This document shows, one piece after another, positions 41,230-52,938 of a stretch of DNA of 53,314 bases. Origin of the DNA: Squatina squatina (Eukaryota); the NCBI GenBank assembly GCA_031763465.1, contig JARFOE010000004.1, positions 7,342,200-7,395,513 on the forward strand, written 5' to 3'. The notes beneath the pieces are model-generated. The model was not told the DNA's origin. It did no database searches and was given only the letters and a program-made list of their open reading frames with translations. Every line of letters starts with the position of its first letter. Position 1 is the stretch's first letter. Position numbers and translations under genes: made by a program.

Positions 41230-42085
41230 GTAATTCTGTCACCAGCTATCTGAGTTCCCTATCACTCCATCTCTGACTGAGAGAGATGCAGATGTGCTCC
41301 TCCTCTGCATCTGTGAGGTGGTCGAGTTGTGGCGGCCCACCGCCAGCCCTCTATCTTGCGTTTTGCGCTGTCTTCTACAAGGGGCCAAAACACTGACCTG
41401 TGAGTGAAGGTCAGGTGCTCATCTGTTGGATGAAGTGTATTCAGTGAGGGTAACTGAGACAGATGCATCACTTTGCATAAGAGCTGGGGTGAGTGGCAAT
41501 GGTGGATGGATAAATGGGGACATGAAGTTCATGGAAAGTGAAGGCTGGGTGCTGCTGAAATTCAAGTGATGTGATGGAGTGCGCTTGGCAAGACCGAGTG
41601 GAAATACGGGGGCCTTAAACCACAGGATGCAAGTTAATCAGCAAAGTTACTCCATTTTCCTGACCTGGTTAGATCATTAAACTGCTTCCTACAAGAGCTG
41701 GGCACAACACTCCTGCTGCTCACCTCCTCAGTTACCTCCAATCATGCATTCTTGGTGAGAGCCACAGGTTTCTTCCTCTCATGGAGAAAAGCATGTCCCT
41801 TCTACTCCTGAATGCATCCAGCAGTAATTCCAGCAATGTGTCATTGAATCTGCCTTTGTTCTAGGTCTACCATCCATCCTCAACACCTCCAATTTCCATT
41901 TGTGCATTGTCCCTTTAAATACAGCTGACACGTCATGTGGGCACACATCACACACATGCAAAACCCTGAAATTAATTGGTTCAATTGAGTTGAGTTCACA
42001 GACCCACTGAGTTGACTTCCGGGTTTTGCCCACAGAATTCTACCCCCACCCTGTCTCAGAAGCCGCCTTCAGATTAATATCAGGG
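41230..42085 (-). mobile_element. Degraded copy of the Harbinger Myb/SANT element
   Basis: Aligns by eye with 23220-23740 (cctgacctggttag, ctgctgctcacct, caggtttcttcct, gacttccgggttt, ttaatatcaggg). Confidence 0.7.
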
Positions 42086-42277
42086 AAAATGTCTTAAATA
42101 TAGAAGTCTTTATCCATCCAGTGATATCGGCATTGATTTGTCAGACATCTGTTCATCATTGGATGGATAAATGATCANNNNNNNNNNNNNNNNNNNNNNN
42201 NNNNNNNNNNNNNNNNNNNNNNNNNNNNNNNNNNNNNNNNNNNNNNNNNNNNNNNNNNNNNNNNNNNNNNNNNNNNN

Positions 42278-42753
42278 ACCACAGCATGTAGGTGAATCAG
42301 TAAATGTACTCACTTTTCCTGACCTAGTTAGGTCATTAAACCACTTCCTATATTGCACCCTACAATTCTCCTGCTGCTCACCTCTTGGTGCGAGCCACAG
42401 GTTTCTTCCTCCCATTGCTAGGAAAAAGTATGCCCTTCCTGCTCCTGACTGCACCCAGCAGTAATTTTAGTGGTGCATCATTGAATCTGGATGCTGCCCT
42501 TGTTCTATGTGCACCATCCATTGTGAATACCTCCAATTTCCATCTGTGCACTGTCCCTTTAAATACAGCTGAGATCACATCATGTGGGTGTGCATCAAGC
42601 CTACTGTACAGCTTGGAAACGTGATACCCAAAAATTTAATTGCTTCATTCAGTTGCGATCGCAACCCGCTGAATTGACTTCTGGGTTTTGCCCACACAAC
42701 TCCATCCCCACCCTCCCATACTCAGAAACTGCCTTCAGATTAATATCAGGGCC
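42278..42753 (-). mobile_element. Second adjacent copy of the Harbinger Myb/SANT element
   Basis: Minus frames read AASRFNDAPLKLLLGAVRSR...RKKP and RKWFNDLTRSGK followed by a GTGAGT donor. Terminus TTAATATCAGGGCC. Confidence 0.75.
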
Positions 42754-44358
42754 AACATTTCAGGGCAATCATTTCAGATATAGAGAACATTTCTGACTAT
42801 ACTAAACAATTGTTTAATTTTTGCTAACCTTCCTCTTTGAACTATTTTCACTTTTTTTTAGGTCCTCCCACAGCACATGCCATTCCTTGGCCAAAAGTGG
42901 CAGAAAAGACAGTCACAGGCCAATCTGTGCTGCCCTATCGATGGCTGCTTGGAGGTGCTTATTCCCAGCGTCTACCTATGGAAATCGTCAACGCAGTCAA
43001 AAAGATCCAACATACGCCCACNNNNNNNNNNNNNNNNNNNNNNNNNNNNNNNNNNNNNNNNNNNNNNNNNNNNNNNNNNNNNNNNNNNNNNNNNNNNNNN
43101 NNNNNNNNNNNNNNNNNNNNNTGATAGTGCATTTTTTAAATGTTAATATCACTCTTATTTAAGACATCAGTAACACACTCATTTCAAAACATAGCGATTG
43201 TGAAGCCCCAAGAAATCCCTGGATAAAAGGATCAACAACTTCTTCCTGATAAAACTTTAAACAAAGTTCTGAATATAGAACATAATGGGCTTGATTTTCC
43301 TTATTGGGCTGGAGTAGCAGTAGGGCAAGACTTCCACCCACTCCTCCAACTCTGCTGCAACTCCATCTGATCTCCCTCTGGGTCGGCGGTCTCTAAACAT
43401 GCAGGATGGAGGTCCAGCTAACTTATCGACACCAAGGGAACTCAGCAGGGCCAAAGAGGGGAATGAGGTGATGCTGCAGCGGGGATGCCACTGCAGCACT
43501 AGAGCAGGCACCTTAAGAGGGTCGAAGAGCCCCAAAGAAGAAAGGAGCTGCAATATTTTTAGGCTTTGGCAGAGACCAAGGCATACAAAGGTAAATGCTG
43601 GGAGAAAAATTGGAGGGAGATCAGACCTCTACTAGACCCTCTGCTTCCATTTGCAGACATCAGGTCCGTCATCACCAGTAGCCCAACCTACTGGCACCTT
43701 CCACCAGGGAGTGATGGTAAGAGGGACAGAAGGAAAGGAAATGGGCCAGAAGAGCAGGCCAGATAAACCGTCCCTTGTTGGTATTCACATGCAGTGAGCA
43801 GGAAAGGGTCACTGGCAGCAGTCCTGGCGAGGATAGAGGGAGAGAAATCCAGGTCAGGGCGGGAGGCAGCAGCAGGCCTTAATGCCCTATTTGTCAGACA
43901 TCTCTGCTACTGTCCCACCTAATTTGGGATGGGATAGCGGAAGAAAATCTAGCTCAGTGTTTCCAAGAATAACTGGCAATAATGATACCTATCAACTGAA
44001 ACAGCACTTCACATTTCATCTCTTTCCTCTATCTCTGTAGAATCCTCTGGGTTTTGTCTTATATATTCAACTTCCTCCTCCTTTTCCCCAGGGGTGAGAG
44101 GAGCCACAACTGCAGTCCTTCAGGATTGTTACGGTATAAATTCCAATCCATCACCAATATTCATCAGTATGGAATCAACACATCAATCATACCAGCAAAG
44201 CTTTGATAGGAATGCGTAAACCTGACCAATATAAATAATCTTTCAGTGAATATAGCTAATTCAGGCAGTAAGCCATTTAGCATTTGATAGTGTTTAGTGT
44301 TTTGCCCTGTTCATAAACAGACCCAAAATGAAAAGTAAAGAAACACACATTGTCTTAC

Positions 44359-44491
44359 CTATGAGTATTAAGTAAAAACCTACTATTACATCAGCTTCCC
44401 AGGACAGTTTTGAAGTGAACGGATCTTCATGGAGAAGAGAGGGAGGCAGGTCACTAGAGTGAGGAACTGTGTCGTTGTCACTGGATGTCAT
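44359..44491 (-). CDS. OPN5: OPN5 (neuropsin, Opn5m type) first coding exon
   Basis: ATG at 44491. Encodes MTSSDNDTVPHSSDLPPSLLHEDPFTSKLSWEADVIVGFYLILI(G), matching the OPN5 motif DPFxSKLSWEAD. Donor AG|GTAAG, phase 1. Lies tail-to-tail with PTCHD4, as in other vertebrates. Confidence 0.92.
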
Positions 44492-44621
44492 TCTTATACA
44501 ATACGTTACCTGGAACAAAAACATAAAACTGTCAGTTTTTTCTTCAAAAAGCAAACCACATTTCTAATCTGCAGCAATAACCTTTTCAGCTACACCCAGC
44601 TTGAACTGTATCCTAACTTGC

Positions 44622-45023
44622 ACCAAGATCTATTCATCCATCACCCCTGTTCTTGCCTCAAATTTAAAATTCTCATCCTTATATTCAAATTCCTCTATGG
44701 CCTCGCCCTTGCCCACCTCTGTAGCCTCTACAATCTTCCAAGAACTCTGCATTCCAACATTTATGGACTCATGTATATCCCCGATTTCCATTGCCCCACC
44801 GTTGGCAGCCTTGCCTTCAGATTTCTGGGCCCTAAGCTCTGGAATTCCCTCCCTAAAACTCTCCACCTCTCTTCCTTTAAGGTGCTCCTTGAAACCAACC
44901 TCCTCGACCAAGCTTTTAGTCACCTGTCCTAATATCTCCTTAACTGGCTCAGTGGCAAATTTTGTCTGATAACGCACCTTTTACTACATTAAAGGCGCTT
45001 TCTAGATGCAAGTTGCTGTTGTT
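44622..45023 (+). mobile_element. L2-clade LINE 3' end
   Basis: Reads FKILILIFKFLYGLA...PRTLHS...GSLAFRFLGPKLWNSLP...FKVLLETNL, the L2 ORF2 C-terminus, followed by a (gtt)n tail. Confidence 0.8.
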
Positions 45024-45109
45024 GAGGGGGAAAGAAGTGCTTGGCATAAAAGAGCAACCAAGTGTTCTTGGAGGCAGCTTTAACAATGGAGAAGATATGC
45101 AAGGAGGAA

Positions 45110-45338
45110 TCGGTAGTGTAGTGGTTAAGTTGCGGGACTAGTAATCCAGAGGCTTGGACTATTGNNNNNNNNNNNNNNNNNNNNNNNNNNNNNNNNNNNN
45201 NNNNNNNNNNNNNNNNNNNNNNNNNNNNNNNNNNNNNNNNNNNNNNNNNNNNNNNNNNNNNNNNTTTACTAATGTACTCTCGGGAAGGAAATCTGCTGTC
45301 CTTACCTGGTCTGGCCTACATGTGGCTCCAGACCCACA
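45110..45338 (+). mobile_element. tRNA-derived SINE (gap-interrupted)
   Basis: A-box-like gtagtgtagtggttaag...ggactagtaatccagagg, also seen at 47175-47238. 3' body ggaaggaaatctgctgtccttacctggtctggcctac. Confidence 0.6.
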
Positions 45339-46259
45339 GAAGCAAGCGAAATACTAAAAATACAGAATCAATCTTTGGCTTCCAAACTCTTACTCTTATA
45401 ATTGTGCAAGATGTAAAGGATTGCATTTCAACAGTGTGTTGCAGACTTCAAGTCCATTAAACCATAGAGTTATGGGTTCATATTTGCAATTCCCCTATAA
45501 ATAGTGGCTTCCCAATCTTGGCCATAAACCCTTGTGAAAGACCCGGTGCTTCCCCATAGTGAGCAAAATAAAAAAGGAGGGATGGTTCTGCTATGCCATT
45601 GGCAAAAAGCCTGGATAAAAGGTTCCCCGCCCAGGTGCGATGCTTAGGTATTAATAAAAACTCACTTTCCTCTCCCCAGCAACAAAAACATGTATGTTGT
45701 TTTTAAGACTCGGTAAATATAATTCATCAAAATTAACACATTTAAAGATACAATTGGTGTTTGCCCATTTCCTCAGACCCTTTGTAAGGGCCATAAGCTC
45801 CCTTTATTGCAAGTAATGTGTAAATAACCATTTAAATTATATAATATAACCATCTATATGAAAATACATAGTTTTACTCTGCATAGGGAATTGGTCTGTA
45901 GTCCACATTCCTTTGCCCCTTAAAACACCAACTTTATATATTCATTTAATACTTGCATCTGCAGGCTTCAATCAGGCACAATAGTGTTTACCCTGGGTAG
46001 GAAAGCTAAAATTGTATACAGCAAATCAAACTCCCTTTCCTGTAGAGAGAAAAAAACCTAATATCTATTAAGCTCTTTCCCAATTAGCAGAAAATATCTA
46101 TATGTCAATCTTATAGTTTTGCATAACTAAATAGCATAGATTCATTAAAAAATTAAACTATAAGCTAAGTTAATTAAATAAATAAAACAAGGTTGGCTAG
46201 GGATGGCACTGCAGGTGGTGTGCTACAACTGCATGTGGGAGTTTGTGGAGAGTATCGCG

Positions 46260-46320
46260 ATCATAAGGCCATAAGACCATAAGAAGTAGGAACAGGAGTA
46301 GGCCATTCGGCCCCTCGAGC
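46260..46320 (-). mobile_element. CR1-type LINE 3' tail fragment
   Basis: (ccataaga)n-like tail plus aggaacaggagtaggccattcggcccctcgagc. Confidence 0.6.
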
Positions 46321-46730
46321 NNNNNNNNNNNNNNNNNNNNNNNNNNNNNNNNNNNNNNNNNNNNNNNNNNNNNNNNNNNNNNNNNNNNNNNNNNNNNNNN
46401 NNNNNNNNNNNNNNNNNNNNCAGCAGCATGAATTCTTGCAACCAGTTTGGCAGCATTCCTCTCACTCCATATGTAAAAATAGTTGCAAGCACAACAGACT
46501 CGAGAATGAAGGTAATCTTCAATTAAGAAAATTGAAGCACAGGACTTTTCATCTCCGAAACAAATTTGTACACATCAGGTGGTGGACGGACAGACAAAAT
46601 TGCGCAGTTTTAAAAACCCTGCTTGGGTAACATATTTTATCCGAGAATAATTTTATCTCTACGATTTTCAATTGCTGTTATACAGAGAACAAAAATATTG
46701 GTCAGTTAAATTGCCAACAAAATGCCTTAC

Positions 46731-46834
46731 CTCTTCAACTATTTCAATGACATCTCCAATTTTTATCTCCAATTCATCCTCATTTTGAGGGATGTAGTTA
46801 AACGTTGCTTCACACTGGCGCTTTTTCGATCTTC
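46731..46834 (-). CDS. CD2AP: CD2AP internal exon (N-terminal half of the second SH3 domain)
   Basis: Acceptor caacag and donor GAG|GTAAG; 104 bp, phase 1-0. Encodes [34 protein letters not shown]. The [10 protein letters not shown] motif and the position between OPN5 and TNFRSF21 favour CD2AP over SH3KBP1. Confidence 0.88.
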
Positions 46835-47169
46835 CTGTTGGGATTGACAAAGAAATTATTTTTACAGTATTGTCCGAAAGCAATTTGTAAAGAAGCCACT
46901 TAGCTCAAATATAACCGTACTGTACAGCAGCAAAAACCTATAATTCTTCTCGGCGTTGTGTTTTGATTTCCAAACTAAGCAACTTTCTCAGGAAGATCCC
47001 AACCACTCTCCTGTAATGCACAACTTGAGTATCTGAAATAGCACTGTACTTTTCAATTGAAGTGCCATGCATAAGTTGTCTTTTTCCACTGCGAACACAC
47101 ATATTTCGAAGTAGAATTTAAAGCCTGTATTATCTAAATTTAAACTGTTAGTAAATAACAAGTCACCAG

Positions 47170-47238
47170 GACTCAGTAGCATAGTGGTTAAGTTGCAGGA
47201 CTAGTAATCCAGAGGCCTGGAGTACAAATCCAGGAGTT
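47170..47238 (+). mobile_element. tRNA-derived SINE 5' head
   Basis: Near copy of 45110-45164. Confidence 0.6.
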
Positions 47239-47514
47239 NNNNNNNNNNNNNNNNNNNNNNNNNNNNNNNNNNNNNNNNNNNNNNNNNNNNNNNNNNNNNN
47301 NNNNNNNNNNNNNNNNNNNNNNNNNNNNNNNNNNNNNNCAGTTTAATGAATAAGAAACCATGATTATAATTTATAACCCAAAAGGAATTTGAGCTTTTTT
47401 TTTTGAATGGAGTGTTACTTATATCCCGTGCAATCGACCTTCATGAGCTGCAATTGGCCTCTATACATGGAGCAGTCGTCAGCTCAGTGACTCCTGAGTG
47501 AGAAGGCAGCGAAG

Positions 47515-47697
47515 GCCAATTCATTAAATATATTCAAGAGATAGATAGATATATTTCTTAATACTAAAGGGATCAAGGGATATGGGGAGAAAGCAGGAAC
47601 AAGGTACTGAACTAGACGATCAGCCATGATCATACTGAATGGTGGAGCAGGCTCGAAGACCGAATCCTGCTCCTATTTTCTATGTTCCATGTTTCCT
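47515..47697 (+). mobile_element. CR1-type LINE 3' end
   Basis: gggatcaagggatatggggagaaagcagga...gatcagccatgatcatactgaatggtggagcaggctcgaag...ctcctattttctatgtt. Confidence 0.75.
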
Positions 47698-48699
47698 TAC
47701 ATGGACTACAGTATGGCACCAGTAAAGCCTCCCCTTATTGTACTTAATATAGAGTGCCACAGTAAGTCAGTACAGCATTTTGCATTTATACACTTGCACC
47801 AACAATCAATGCATAAAACAAACTTAACAACAAGAAGTGAAGAAGCAGCTTAAACTTACCAACAGCAAAGACATATTTGCCAGAAACACACCCAGGTTGA
47901 TTGACAAAATAAAACATCACAGAAGAACAAAGCTCACTGGGAGACTTTGAAACAAGCCCTCTGGCTTTTTACAAGATTGGCTCGCAGCTGCACGGCTACA
48001 TACTTGTGCAAGCAAAGGCGATGTACACTTCATTCTTTGCTAGTCTCAGCAACTCATCTGTTGCACTTCAACAAACCACAAAGAAATCAAATACCTCTCA
48101 GAAAATCAAGCTGTCGAGTAATTTAATAATTAACAGCATGCAATACATGTACTAATTCTCATCCCCTACTTAACATCCAAGAATGTATACAGAATTGAAC
48201 TAGTGTCAGTGTTCCCAGTTATTATTTTGACAATATAATACAGAATATACAGCAAATAAAACCACTGATTTACAGGCCAAAAATAAACCATCGACATTAG
48301 AAACCTTACAGGACATTAAAGCTTACTGGTTATTTACGGAACTTTAATCAAGTATTCTGAAATGTACCTTTTCCCTACTTTGGGCATCTTTAAAAAAAGG
48401 TACACAGACCAACAAAATAATAGAGCACCTTAAACGAATGCAGCACATCAACCACATTGAGCCCGTCAAACTNNNNNNNNNNCCAACAAAATAATAGACC
48501 AGATGAGAACCAAAGCCACCATGGAGATTGAGACCCACATCCTGCTCCTTGGACTCCATTCCCACCATTTAATTGCTGACGATCCAACTTCTTGGTCTCT
48601 CTGCTCGTTGACATAAATGGTTCCCTTTCCTCAGAGACTGTCTCACGCCCTTTCAAAATCATCTCAAAAAAAAGACATGAAGGAAAATAAGACTGAAAG

Positions 48700-49677
48700 A
48701 GAATAGGAGAATTGAATGGCATTTAACATAAAAGGGAACCCAAAAATCTTCTACCGGCATGTAAATAGTAAGCAAGTAGCAAGCGGAGGGATGGGGCCTA
48801 TTCGGGACAAAGGTGGTGATATATGCTTCGAGGCGCAGGGCAGGGCTAGAATACGTAATGAGTACTTTGTATCGGTGTTTACTAAGGAAGAGGATGCTGA
48901 CAAAAATCGGAGATGTTAGAGGTAATGGATGGGGTGAAAATTCATAGGAAGGATGTACTGGAAAGGTCGGCTATGCTCAGAATGGATAAGTCGCCTGGTC
49001 CGGATGGCTTGTATCCCAGGTTGCTAAGAGGAGTGGGGGCAGAGATCGCGGAAGGGCTTGCCATAATCTTCCCTCAATGCAGGGGAGATGCCAGAGGACT
49101 GGAAAGTGGCAAATGTGCCACCCTTGTTTAAGAAAGGGTGTAAGGACATTCCTAGTAACTGCAGGCCGGTCACTTTAACATCAGTGGTGGGTAAGGTTTT
49201 AGAAACAATAAATCAGGGAAAAGATTAACAAGCACTTGGAGAGGTTTGAGTTAATTAAGGAGAGCCAGCAGGGATTTGTGAAAGGCAGATCGTGTTTGAC
49301 TAATCTGGTTGAATTTTTTGATGAAGTAATAGAGAAGGTTGATGAAAGGAATGCAGTGGATGTTGTCTTATGGATTTTAAGAAAGAATTTGACAAAGTAC
49401 CACATAAAAGACTGGTTAACAAAATTGAGGCATAGGAGGGTCAGTGCCAGTTTGGATAAAAAATTGGCTTAAGGACACAAAACAGCGAGTCATGGTGGAT
49501 GATTGATTTTGAGACTGGAAGATGGTGAACAGTGGTGTTCCCCAGGGGTCAGTGCTTGGACCATTGTTTTTTGTGATATATACAAAGGACTTGGATATTT
49601 GAATACAGAGTAAAATTTCAAAATTTGCCGATGATACTAAACTTGGAGGTGTGGCAAACAGTGAGGATGATACCAAT
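48700..49677 (+). mobile_element. CR1 LINE ORF2 (reverse transcriptase) fragment
   Basis: Frameshifted segments read NIKGNPKIFY, YFVSVFTKE, KSPGPDGLYPRLL, QGFVKGRSCLTNLVEFF, SGVPQGSVLGP and KFADDTKLGG. Confidence 0.92.
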
Positions 49678-49777
49678 NNNNNNNNNNNNNNNNNNNNNNN
49701 NNNNNNNNNNNNNNNNNNNNNNNNNNNNNNNNNNNNNNNNNNNNNNNNNNNNNNNNNNNNNNNNNNNNNNNNNNNNN

Positions 49778-50200
49778 CTCCAGTCCTGTAAGGAGCGGGT
49801 GTTCTATTGTGTGGTGGTTTGCTGCACAACTTGGCCATCATGAGGGTGCAGCCCTTGCCACCAGGGATTGCAGGACTCCCTCAGGAGGAGGAAGAGGAAA
49901 ATTAGGAAGAGGACAAGGAGGGAGGGAGGGGGCAGGCTGTCCGCGCTCCGCCCCTTTGCTTTCCTTGTCCCCGCTTGGCCGGCCGCCAGCGCGCTGGGAG
50001 CCAGGTGATTGACAGCGGGGATGAGCGAAAGGAGGTCGCCCAAGTTTCCGCTTGTGTTGCCCGGGGCTTCCAGTTGCGATCCCACTTTTTGCAATTTTTT
50101 TTGTCAACTCGCGGCGAGAAAGCCCCCGAGGCTGACGTTTGGCTTTTTCCATGATCCTCAGTTGATTTTCGATCTCGGATAAGCCGGGCGTTTTAAACTA
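49778..50200. promoter_or_regulatory. CpG-rich segment, possibly near the CD2AP 5' end
   Basis: Locally high GC/CpG content with a GC-box (CCGCCC), located where the divergent CD2AP and TNFRSF21 5' ends are expected. No canonical CD2AP exon 1 was identified. Confidence 0.35.
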
Positions 50201-50769
50201 TTAATGAGCCTACCGATGGCATACACACTGTAATAATCGCAGATACGGCTTTCATCACTTCAAATTTATTGAAAGAGCAATTTTTATATTTGTTGGGACC
50301 TTGCAGAACTTTTCTCTTGTGTTTGCAAACAACACCAAGTTATTTGCATAATTGCACTGAGCTGCAGCGCCTGGGAGTAATTTAGCGACGCGAGGATATA
50401 ATTGAGATGCAAATTATGCCATCATGTGGTTTTGTTTGCAAATACAGAAAAAAAGATTTGCGGAACAATTTTCTATCTACACAGTGGCGCTTTAAAAAAA
50501 AATCTGTGGACGTTTTATGATCGCTCAGCAACGCATAATTAAAATAAACTGCAACGTATGAATTCACAGAGATGCAGTGATTTAAAAAAGTAGGGAACAT
50601 AATTCACTTCTCAAATAATTTGTAGTTGTGTATNNNNNNNNNNNNNNNNNNNNNNNNNNNNNNNNNNNNNNNNNNNNNNNNNNNNNNNNNNNNNNNNNNN
50701 NNNNNNNNNNNNNNNNNNNNNNNNNNNNNNNNNGAACGGTTTCAATGGTGCATGGAAGTTGAGAGAGTG

Positions 50770-51289
50770 CGAGTGTGGAACTGGGCGCGGCCTTTGATTG
50801 GGAGCCGAATGTTGCCCGGAAGGTTCCGAGCAGGAGATGACGCGGCGAGCGCTCCGCCTCCTCCCTCTTCACTGCGACAGCGGAGGGCTTGTTGACTGCG
50901 ACTCAGTATCTGCCGGACCCCGCCGAGCTAGGAACAAAGCAGCATCGCTGGAGCTATGGGAATAAATGCAGCCGACATTGACGACCAGTCGCTTCTCCCT
51001 TATTATTTGAAGCCTGTCGACTTGGTGAAAACGGCCGCAAGGGCTCTGCAGTGGTGGAGCTGCTGGTGCCAGTAAAAGAAAAAAATCGGCGACCGACCGT
51101 CCGTCCGTATGGGGGGGTCGTTGCCGATTCTAGCGCAGTAGAAGTGCGTCGAGCGGGGCAGTGGCACAATGCGGAGTGAGGCGGCTCGCCACAATAACAC
51201 CGTAAAATGAACCAGTGTGCGAGCAATGGACGCAAGGCAGCTCCAGCAGTGGCCACCAGCAAACTCTTTACCGCCTAGCCCTGCTAGCA
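50770..51289 (+). promoter_or_regulatory. CpG island, promoter and 5' UTR of TNFRSF21
   Basis: CpG-dense, contains an inverted CCAAT (GATTGG) and lies directly upstream of the TNFRSF21 start codon. Confidence 0.65.
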
Positions 51290-51373
51290 ATGGGAGCTTG
51301 TAGCTTGTTGTGGTGCTTTCTTCCCTCTCTCGTAGCTTGGTCCGCAGCGACAATGAATTGGAGTATTCTGACG
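51290..51373 (+). CDS. TNFRSF21: TNFRSF21 (DR6) first coding exon (signal peptide)
   Basis: gcaATGG context. Encodes MGACSLLWCFLPSLVAWSAATMNWSILT, with donor ACG|gtaagg in phase 0 joining in frame to LLFVLLGDITAQ of the next exon. Confidence 0.8.
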
Positions 51374-52938
51374 GTAAGGGCACACGGGTGTTAGCGCTGG
51401 GTTGAAGGGAGACTGGTTGTTTACCAGAAGCCCTGTTATTGTCTTCCCAAGAGGAAGGTGAAGATAAATATTTCAGATTCTTACCNNNNNNNNNNNNNNN
51501 NNNNNNNNNNNNNNNNNNNNNNNNNNNNNNNNNNNNNNNNNNNNNNNNNNNNNNNNNNNNNNNNNNNNNNNNNNNNNNNNNNNNNCTCACCCTATCAGCA
51601 TAACCAGATTCAGATGCAGATAAAACCCATCTCCTTTCTTTTGTATGAGAATGGAAGCTGCTATCCCTGTCCTTCCAAACTAAAATCAACTTAAAGGTAA
51701 ACATAAATCAAAAAGAACAATTGCTGGCATGGCACTGTTTTCCTGGGTTAAATCTGAGCAACAATATACTTAATTGCCATGGCCTCACCAACAAAAGATT
51801 AAGCATAAATAACCAAAGAAACATGAGTGCCCTCTGCAATGGGATATCAACTCACATTGTGGAGAATTATCAGGAAGGTGGATAGCTGATGTGTTCTCAA
51901 TGATGTGATAGTGGAGATTCTGTTGAGTATTTGATGATTCAGCCTTTATTTTCTTGTGCCCTAGAAATTCTTAACTGAATGTTAATGGAGGTAATAAATG
52001 GTAGGGCCATCAATGTTTATTTTTAGGATGGAGATGAACTTAACACATTTGGCAGCACAGCTGCTGGCAAGTGGCTGCCCGTTTTCTTCTTGGTGGCTGC
52101 AGGAGTTAATGTTCCTGCAGGCATTATCTTTTCAGTTGCAATGGGTTGGTGATGCTACTAATATTTCACTTTTTACATTTACTTGTCAAGCAGGGCTAAT
52201 GGTTAGCTTAAATTTCTCAGATCGGCACTGATCATATTTCATTGTTCTTTTACTCTGCACAATAGCTGTACTTTTATGCAGGGTGAGGTGGAACTGCACC
52301 ATGCAATTTTGCTGTAATCTGAAACTTTCTGCTCATCAAGGTAAGGGGATGTTGGTGCTGGGGAAAGGAGCACTTTAAAATTAGGACAGCAGCTGTCAGC
52401 ATTACATGCTGCCAGGACAGGTACACTATAGCTAAATGTAGTATCAAGCAGCCAGCAATGGGCTTCAGCCTCAAACTTGGAAAAACACCCATGTTTGTGT
52501 AACATTTGTTCCATTTCCTCATACCAAACCTCTTTAGGCCTATCTTGAGTGACATTGCCAGTCATTATTAATTAAGTACAGTTTTGTGCTAATTGTCTTT
52601 ATCTTTGCTCATGAGGGAAAAAAATAGAGGCAAGAAATACCTTGATTTATGTTGCAACTTCTTAACTTAGCAAAACATCTCCAAGCACTTAAAATAATGA
52701 GTTATTTTGAGTGCAATAACTATTAACATTGGCAAACTCAGCATTTGTTTTACACAGCCATTGAGGTATATAACCAGTTAGTTAATCTGTTCTCTTGGAA
52801 TTTGTTTCTGGACAAATGTTGGGCAGATTGATTGGAAAATTCACTTATTTGATTTGTCTACTTAAGCAGATAGAATTCAGTAAATATTAGGACTGCTGCA
52901 AAATGTCTTACTAACTTTTTTTCTTTGCTTTGTTTTAG

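Noticed and set aside
45110-45164. Possible tRNA gene
   Set aside because: Only a tRNA-like head is present; it recurs at 47175 and continues into a SINE body.
49778-49841. MMAKLCSKPP... as a CD2AP start exon
   Set aside because: Runs into a gap with no visible donor and does not resemble the known very short CD2AP first coding exon.
50956-51075. MGINAADIDD... ORF as TNFRSF21 exon 1
   Set aside because: It ends in a stop with no suitable donor. The 51290-51373 exon fits phase and signal-peptide character better.
52239-52565. 108-aa and 93-aa minus-strand ORFs in TNFRSF21 intron 1
   Set aside because: No recognisable homology or exon boundaries.
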